Shown here: piece after piece, positions 55,808-64,000 of the stretch
How positions within the stretch are numbered: the first letter of the stretch is position 1
How the letters are laid out: every line of letters begins with the position of its first letter
Source: Lama glama
Lineage: Eukaryota
Direction of reading: 5' to 3'
Assembly: GCA_028534125.1 (NCBI GenBank)
Contig: CM052818.1
Location: forward strand, 14,634,001-14,698,000
DNA: 64,000 bases
Position numbers and translations under genes: made by a program
The notes under the pieces: model-generated
Database searches by the model: none
Seen by the model: the letters and a program-made list of their open reading frames with translations, nothing else
Told to the model about the DNA's origin: nothing

Positions 55808-57946
55808 CCTTTGCTCTTAGGAATGCTCCCACACAAAGTCCCCTGCCAGACCTGTGTCTTGGCAACAGCAAGGGTATTCCTTTCTTTGTTTTTGTGTTGA
55901 CCTTTCTGTACCTTCCCTCCTCTGGACATTGAGTTCTCTCAGCTTCTAGACTGAGACCTTCCTGGCTGTGCTGCTCCACTTCCACATGGTCTTCATGCTG
56001 CATTAACGTTCTGCATTAACATCACATGCTCCATGGTGGTGGCTCACACTCTTCTAAGCCAAATGAACGATGCTACAGATTGCCCTGCCTTTGTCTGCAC
56101 TGCTTCGACCCTGTTTGTTCCCAAGGCTTCTGGTCTAGTTATTACCACCTGGATTTCTAGCTATGTTTAATAAGAGTCTGTTTTACTCATTTTGCTATGC
56201 ACATGGCCTGTGGACAACTGCTGGGCATTAATAAAGTCAAGAGAGCAGCAATGGGCCACTGGTCTCTGTCATTTATGCATCTATTGCTCTTCTTGCTCCT
56301 CTGGTCACCTATTGCTGCCTGCTACAAGCTATGCCCACCCTCTTAGGCTGCCACCTGCTGCACGGACATTTTCCAGACCATTCTGGTTTTTGGTATATAA
56401 GGATCTTCAGAACTGGTGGTAGAACCAGGTTTGCCACCAGCCTATAAAAGACCTCTCTGTATTTTCCCTAAAAGACTTTTAATTCCTCACCATCACTCAG
56501 GAACCCTACTGTCAGACAAGTGGTTGAGGTGACAAGTTAGACTGTATCTGCATGACAAGGACAGTGATGTCCTTGCCAAGTACTGGGCTTTTTCAGCCTC
56601 AACCAGCGAAGCCATACCAAATTTAGGTACTTTTATTTGCCTCCCTTCCTCATCCTAAAAGTGATAAGGTGCCAGCAGTGCCAGGGTAGTTGTAGTTCCT
56701 CTGTCTTATCTCCCTTTCTCTCTCTGTCTCATCTCTCTCACCTTCCTCCGTCTCATATCTCTTCTCTTAAAAAAAAAAAAAAGTGGTAGCTCAGAAACAG
56801 CTGCAAAGAGCAGGCTTTTCCGTGTAACCTGACTACATCATTTCCAGAGGCGGAGAGGCTGTCCTGTAAAGGAGACTACCAGAACTCTTATGCCCTCTCT
56901 GCTTTCTTCCCAGCCCCTCACCCGCCTATAGCAATGCCTAGAAGGTTGGAAGAAAGACAGATATACATGCAATGAGTGGATGGAGACTGTGGTGGGTGCC
57001 CCAAACAGGAAAACTGAACAAAAGGCCAGAGGCAGACATGAGCCAGGGGAAAAATGGGCCTAGAATTAAGAGTGGGTTGACTGAGGGATACCTTCTCTGT
57101 CAGTGGTGATGGGAGGAGGAATATTTTCTCAGAATTGGGATGGGAGAATTGAAGGTGGTTGAAGGATTAACTATGTTGCCCTGAAAAGGGTTCTTTAAAG
57201 ACATACAAACATTGCAGCTTTTTTTTCCTTTCATAATTTCACACTCTCATGAAAAACTCACTTTACTGAAGTTAGCATTTCATTTAAACTATCATGTTCA
57301 TTTTCAATTATTCATGTTTTTCCTTGAGAAAATGAAATCATAATTTAGGGCTGGCTGGGGTGCTTCTTGGAACTTGAGTATTAAGAGATGGGGTCCTAAA
57401 GGGTGTCTGTCATTCACTCGGGCAAAGCATGTATTAGAGTCAACAAACATTGCAGCTTTAAGTGTTTTCTGTCGTTCTCATGTGATCGTATATACGTTGA
57501 AGATGAATACTGTGCCCTTAATTTCACTGGTATTTAGTAAAATCCTATTACTTTCTCTGTTGCTGCTTACTGGGAAGATTTGGCTGTACAGATTTTCTTT
57601 TGCTTTCAGTTGGGAACATTTGGAAGAATGTCAGTCTCTTTCCTGTACAATATAGAGACTTATGTGAATATTCATAATAGTTTTCAACTTTTTTTCTGTT
57701 AAAACTGTATCTTTAGAAGTATAATCTGAATAACTTGGTCTTGTCAGACTGAAGGCTTTGAATACTGTTGTCTTTATGGGAAAATGACCTACCAAAAAAT
57801 TGTGGCGCTGATTGTCTTGATAATTTACCTTGGTGTAATACCTTAATTGATAAATCTCTTTCCCTAAATAGCAGAAATACTCGTGAGATTGCTCTGTAAA
57901 ATTGGAAGTGTACCATATTTATCTTTCCTTATGTGCATGTTGATAA

Positions 57947-57952
57947 AATAAA
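57947..57952 (+). terminator. TSPYL6: TSPYL6 polyadenylation signal followed by a decayed poly(A) tract
   Basis: AATAAA at 57947-57952, then an A-rich tract gaaaaaacaaaactaaaaag (57966-57985), after which L1-like sequence resumes. This implies a 3'UTR of about 2.15 kb. Confidence 0.7.
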
Positions 57953-58447
57953 AGCCTGTCAGTCTGAAAAAACAAAACTAAAAAGTTGGAAAATAACAAG
58001 GGTGGAAAAGCACACAGAGAAACCAGAATGTTCCACTAGCAATATTTGAAGACTAGCTTGGTGCAAATGCTTTAGAAAATTGTTTGGCAGTTATCTCTGC
58101 ACACCCTCTGGATCCAACTCTGGGAATATACCCAACAGAAATGCATACATATATTCACAAAAACATGCATAAAATTGTTTATAACAGCATATAATTCTAA
58201 TAGCAGGACCTGCCCCAGCATCCATCTCTAGTAGAAAAAATAAGTTTTTAAATATTCATACAATGGAATACTATGAGAAATGAAAAACTATGCCTGCGTG
58301 CAATAATATGAATGAATTTCACAAACATGAGGTTGGATGAAAGAAGCCAGATTTGAGTATGTGCTATGTAATTGAATTTATATATGAATTTTAAGCACAG
58401 GTATTTATGGTGGTAGAAGTTGGAATAGTGATTACTACCAAGAGCAG

Positions 58448-58937
58448 TGAAGGGTCTGAGATTTTACCCTGCTTACGAACTAGTATGTTGGTCAGCCTAG
58501 TTAATGGGTGCTGAGTCAGACAGAGAACCTTACAACTCAATAGCCTGTATCAGTATTACACCAGTTCCTTGAGCTCTAATTCCTAATTATGAAAGATGAA
58601 GAAAGCCAGGTGACACCTGCACACACAGTGCGTTGCATTATAGGAGAGGAATCCTGAGTTTAGGGAACTTCAGTCTTTTAGAATGGCAAGTAAACATGCC
58701 TACCTTTGACTTCGAAGGGAGATACCCTGTTGTACTAAACAGTGTAATAAAAGACAATAATAAGAGACGGTCTATTTTTTCAAGGCTTGAGCAAAATGGT
58801 CCTTTTCTCTGGAGGCAAACACTATTTTTTGTCTTCCAAGGGTATTCACGAAAAGATACTCTGAACAAAGGTAGATAGTATTTCTGCTCCCAAGATGAGC
58901 AGAAATATCAGAGGCCCATGATAATTGTTTCCTAACA
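58448..58937 (-). mobile_element. ERV1 solo LTR, MER89-like, inserted in the 3' UTR of an old L1
   Basis: TG...CA termini. The minus strand begins TGTTAGGAAACAATTATCATGGGCCTCTGATATTTCTGCTCATCTTGGGAGCAG, matching the recalled MER89 consensus. L1 3'-end sequence continues on both sides. Confidence 0.65.
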
Positions 58938-61900
58938 GCTGTAGTGGGAGAAGGGGGTACCTGTTGACTGGAAAGGGGGTATGATGTTGGGTTCTGAAGG
59001 ACTGGAGATGTCTGTGCCTCCACCTGGGTGCTGGATACATCGGTATATTCAATTTGTAACACTCATTGAGTTGTACACTTGTGAAACATGCTTTTCTATG
59101 TATTTATTATATTTAATAAAATATGCTTAAGAAAAAACAAAGCCCAAAGTAAACAAAAATAAAAATTAAAAAAGCCACCATTTCCCTGGAACTTCAATGC
59201 TAGAAAATGATAGGCAAATATAAAAGTGTGCTTCATATCTTTCTGGTTAGGCTGTAAGTCCATATATAAGAATTCCAATAGGATCATTCACTATAACACA
59301 AATGGTTAAAATCGACTTTCTGTGGGAAAAAATATTTATCTAGGTATGGGCCGTCAACTTTTAGTATTTATAGTCTCCTGCTTATTTTTCAACTAACTCT
59401 TATCAGAGTAGAGTTGTAAAGAGTTTATTAATCATGGCTTGTGATGGTTCATTTTCAGAGCTCAGTTCTTCCAGCCAAATGATAAAATCCACTTATTATT
59501 TAGTTCTGTTGTTCAGCAAGGATGATGCTATTCTGAGAACTGGCCACATCGTTTACTTGCTTTTTAAAATATCTGTATCAAAGTTTCATATCCTTTCTTT
59601 TTAGGCCTCCCTTTTCGAGGTAAAAATATTTCACTGAGTTAAAAACAGAATTTTAAACTATACCTTTGGCATATGCCATAGAAGACTGCAGTATTAATAG
59701 CAACAAAATCTTCTGTGAAACTAATGAAATCATTTGTTTTGGCTTCTTTGAGCTAAATCTTTCCACTATGTATACAGCAAGGTATTTGGGGACAATAGGA
59801 TAATTCAGTGTTGAGAATGCAGCAGGGTTTTTTGTTTTTTTTTTAACATAAACGATATAAAAACATGTAATAATGTATAAGATTAACTTACTGCCTTTGA
59901 AACCTAAGGTAGATGTTTTAACGAGGTTTTTACAATTCCTACTATCAATTCATATCACACATTATAATTTTAAATGGCATCCATATGGATGGCTTGCACT
60001 GTATTTTCCAAGGGCAAAATTTTCTCTTTGCTATTGGTAGCTAGAAACGTAAAAGACACAAGATACTTTGATTTATGTAAAGAGATCCAAAATTCAAGTT
60101 TAGTCTGTTTTAACAACATAGATGAGGACAGGAAAGGTGGTAGGTCGGATTTTTAAATTTAGCATAAAACTAGAGTCTAGAGCATTAAACTAATAGTGCA
60201 CTGAGTTGTTAAGTTGGGGCACCTGGGTTCTAAAGTGCTCAGCCATAAACTGTAGGCAAACCACTTAATTCTAAAGACAAAAAGTCTTCCTTATCATTTT
60301 AAAAACAAGTTTGAAACATCGTTTCCTCTAAGTCTGAAGATTTACTTACCCCTTAAATCTACGCTCTCCACAAGGCTCTGTGGCCTCCCCCTGGCTTGCT
60401 TTATCTGTGCTCTTCCTGAGTGACCTTAGCCACTGCCAGAGCTGCTGCCATCACCTTTGAGAAAAGGACTCAAGTTTGGAATCTCTGATTCCAAGATCAG
60501 GGTCTTACTCCAAGATCATGCTCTGACATGTCCATCTGCACAGTGTTTCCAGAATTGCTCTCTTCCTTTCCATGTCTAGTTTTCTTCAACATCTCTTGTT
60601 TACATTACTAGAAATTTCCAGACTTCTCTTCCTGAATCTGATCTTTCTCTTCCATCATTCATACTGTTGACAAAGTGATTTAGTCCCTTTAATACAAATA
60701 CTCTGGTCAACACATCACTGCCTGCAGAACAAAGTTCAAACACGCTATCACTGCCTTCAAGGTCAGCTACAGCCAAGCCCCTGCCTAACATTCTTGCCAG
60801 TGTCCACACACATTGGTGGCCTTGCTGTTTCTCGAGCAACCCACGCACTGTCTTGCCTCTGTGCCTTTGCTCATGATGTTCCCTCATCTTGGATTCTCTT
60901 CCCCCACCTCCTTATCTATGGAAATTCTATCATTACTTCTAAATTCAATTCAAATGCCATCTCCTCTAAATAACCTCCCAAACTTCCTACTTCACGTAGC
61001 ATACACTTTGTGGCATTTATTTCATACAAGTTTGTATTTAAGTTAGTTCTTTATGTGTTAGTAGTTTATGTATGTCTTTGTCATTCAATTTTAAGTCATT
61101 TAAGGGCCAAAATTATGTTTAGGTATCTTTTTCTTCCTGTCCTTACAGTCTGGCATAGGAGACAAAGTACTGTGTAAGAAATGCCAGAACACAAGTACAA
61201 GCGGACGTTGCTATGGGACCACATAAGAGGACCGTTTCCCCTGCCTGAAGGTTAGGGTCATTAAGGAAGGCTGATACTATTTTATAAGAAGTGGCTTTTA
61301 AGTTCCTTTCTAGACACTATACTAGATGGTAAACTTCTTCACAGTAGGGATCTTTTCATCTATATATCCCTAGGGATACCTATTTTATGTCCAGCACAAG
61401 TTAGGCACTCCCAAATTACTTTATGAACATGTCAGTAAAGATGCCCGAGTCCTTTATAGCTCTAAATGTGTACAGTATGAATCATATTAGTCTTTAGTAG
61501 GAGTTTTTTATTTCACTTATCAGATGGTCAAAAAAATAACTGGCTACTGAGAGCCTAATAAAAAAGGTAATATAATTTTAGGCTTGAGGTTTTAGGTAAG
61601 AGTTAATTGCCATGCCTGTACAAATCATTCCTAAAAGAGCCAGGGCAGACTTCAGTCAAATCCCTTCAAGTACCTTGAGGAGAACTAAGTCTCAGAAAGA
61701 AAGCTGTGTCGATAAATGAGCTGTTTTGCAATTACAGATCCATATTGAGTCAAAACTGTGATATTTGTTCCTTGATCTCTAAATTCACATAATTTAAAGA
61801 AAAACAAGAGGCTTTATTACAGCCCTTAACAACAGGCTATACTAATAACTCTCATTTACTAAGGGCTTATGTCCTGGTACCACTGTGCTAAGCACTATAT

Positions 61901-62906
61901 GTGCATTATTCTCTTAATTCTCATACAACTCTATGAGGTATTCCTGTCCCCATCCTGCAGGTTAGGAAAATGGGACTCCGTTGAGATTATGTTACTTGTA
62001 TCCAGTCACTTAGCCAGGCAGAGGTAAAGCCAGGATTCAAACCCAGGTCTGACTCCAGAGTTTGGTAACTATATATAGATAGAAATGCTATCTTTTGTTT
62101 TACAGTAGAAAATTATCAAAATAATTTTCCCAGTGGCTGTTTTTCTCATTTGTATACAAATTTTCTTAGCATGTTTACTAATTTTGATGTTTATTAATGA
62201 AAGTTATGACACATCAAAATCAGAAGTACAGTACTAATATGTAATTGCTTATTTTTTTAAAGATTATAAAGATATTATGACCTAATTTCTTCTGAGATCT
62301 GAATACCACCCAAAAATGAATGGAAGTAAGATACATCACTGATGACACATCTACTATTGGTTCACATCCTTTTGCACTGTCACAGCTGAAACATGTTTTC
62401 AGGTGTTCAAATGGTGCCAACAAGCTTTCTGCTGTAATTCCAGGAGTAACCAGCAACATTTGGGAGACAGTGCACTTTGTTCAGGAAGGCCAAATAGCAG
62501 AGGTCTTTTGGGTGGGGAAGGGATTATGTCACTGTCTAAAAATCCTTGATAAATTTGGCTCCTCAGCAATGGGGAAGAATGCAGAGCCAAGCAGCACATG
62601 TGAGGCCCCAAAAATGTGATGCAAAGAGAGGGATAAAATAGAAAATTTTCAAGGAAAATGCACAAAGGAAAAGAAAAATAATCATAAAAGAAATTTTCAA
62701 TGTTAGTTTCATGTACCCAAAAGAACATTAGTGTGAGACCTAAGATACAATGATTTTTTTTTTCACTTCCAGCTTGTTTTTTAATATAATTTTGGGACTC
62801 CTGTGAGGAATTGATTGGAATTTATTACTGTGATTGGAATTTATTACTCATAATGGGAGGGATATAGACTAGAAAGTCTTAAATTTCATTTTAGAGCTTT
62901 GATCTT

Positions 62907-63006
62907 NNNNNNNNNNNNNNNNNNNNNNNNNNNNNNNNNNNNNNNNNNNNNNNNNNNNNNNNNNNNNNNNNNNNNNNNNNNNNNNNNNNNNNNNNNNNNN
63001 NNNNNN
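62907..63006. other. Assembly gap (100 N) flanked by duplicated contig ends
   Basis: Run of N; 62743-62906 recurs almost exactly at about 63010-63174. Confidence 0.98.
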
Positions 63007-63572
63007 TTCAGATACAATGATTTTTTTTTTTTACTTCCAGCTTGTTTTTTAATATAATTTTGGGACTCCTGTGAGGAATTGATTGGAATTTATTACTGTG
63101 ATTGGAATTTATTATTCATAATGGGAGGGATATAGACTAGAAAGTCTTAAATTTCATTTTAGAGCTTTGATCTTATTATAGGGAGGCTGTAGATATACAC
63201 CCCTGGGGCTTTCTTATTTAGAAAATGTTTAAACTTAATAAGGTAGAAATAGATGCATACCTTCTCAACTTGATCAAATATACCTCAGTGCTAAAGTGAC
63301 CATCATGCTTATTGGGGCAACAGCAGAAGCATTCCCACTAAAGTCAGGAATAACAAAGGATGTTCACATACCACTACTATGACTTAGCAATACTGGATGT
63401 TAGACAATACAGTTAATAAGAGAAAGAACCAGAAGTACAGTAATTTAAAGAAAGAAAAACTATCACAATCTGTGATCTTTATGGAAAACCTGAGCTATTC
63501 AACTGAAAAAGTATCATAACCAAGCAAATTTAGTAAGGTAGCATGATACAGAATTACATCGATACATTTCAG

Positions 63573-63919
63573 ATGAATGGAATACTACTCAGCCATAAAA
63601 AGAATGAAACAATACCATCTGCAGCAACATGGATGGCCTCAGAGATTATCATACTAAGTGAAGTAAGTCAGACAAAGAAAACTATTGTATGATATCACTT
63701 ATATGTGGAATCTAAAAAAAAATTATATAAATGAACTTATTTATAAAACAGAAAGAGACTCACAGACCTAGAAAACAAACTTATGGTTACCAAAGAGGAA
63801 AGGGTGGGAGGAGGGATAAGAGTTTGGGATTAAAAGATACAAATTATAATTATGTATAACTGAATCACTATGCCATATATCAGAAACTAACAACACTGTA
63901 AATCAACTACAATCAAAAA
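63573..63919 (+). mobile_element. 5'-truncated L1 3' end with 11-bp target-site duplication, inserted in an older L1 fragment (~63270-64000)
   Basis: atggaatactactcagccataaaaagaatgaa...aacacaacactgtaaatcaactac-type 3'UTR with a short A-tail. atacatttcag occurs at both 63562-63572 and 63920-63930. Confidence 0.85.
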
Positions 63920-64000
63920 ATACATTTCAGGTAAAAAAACAGCAAGTTAGAAGATGAAATGGGGTAAGATTTCATTTACCATAGTAACAGTATAAGATAA

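Larger units (their letters stand above)
53830..59170 (+). mobile_element. Old L1M ORF2 3' part and 3'UTR, split by TSPYL6 (~54381-57973) and the MER89-like LTR
   Basis: Left piece has ggacggtcttttcaataaa, aaaaacttttgttcatcaaaa and aaatgcagattaaaaccac. Right piece has ctttagaaaattgtttggcag, ctgggaatatacccaacagaaatgcatacat and caatggaatactatg, and ends in aataaaa plus an A-rich tail near 59115-59170. Confidence 0.75.

Noticed and set aside
54340..56003. Several overlapping or antisense ORFs (67-156 aa) across TSPYL6
   Set aside because: Expected shadow ORFs of a GC-rich coding region; no recognisable domains.
62220..62728. Overlapping ~80-110 aa ORFs on both strands in unique-looking sequence
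   Set aside because: No recognisable homology, no match to ACYP2 upstream exons and no coherent splice structure.
62743..63174. Apparent ~165-bp direct duplication on either side of the 100-N gap
   Set aside because: The copies abut the gap and differ only by a T-run length and one or two bases. This is typical of unmerged overlapping contig ends or two haplotypes, not a real tandem repeat.

Overview
Mammalian genomic DNA, AT-rich and repeat-laden, most likely a camelid: it carries four tRNA-derived SINEs resembling camelid Vic-1. It matches, in reverse orientation, the ACYP2 / TSPYL6 / C2orf73 (CIMIP6) locus. On the minus strand are the last two coding exons of CIMIP6/C2orf73 (2141-2256 and 940-1308) and the last coding exon of ACYP2 (27647-27761). 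The rest of the window lies in the long final intron of ACYP2. Two intronless retroposed genes sit on the plus strand, antisense to their hosts. One is an RBBP4 retrocopy with an open 423-aa frame (10681-11952), upstream of the visible CIMIP6 exons and cut off by an assembly gap. The other is TSPYL6 (54554-55807), whose whole ~3.6-kb mRNA-like unit visibly splits an old L1 element. I could not find the 5' exons of CIMIP6; they are probably lost in the 500-N gap at 12021-12520. The remainder is L1, L2, MIR, MaLR/ERV LTR and hAT DNA-transposon debris, with three N-gaps. Gene and repeat names come from recalled protein and consensus sequences, not from database searches. I found no convincingly new biological system; the best leads are the RBBP4 retrocopy, the TSPYL6 insertion and promoter anatomy, and an orphan CpG-rich patch.
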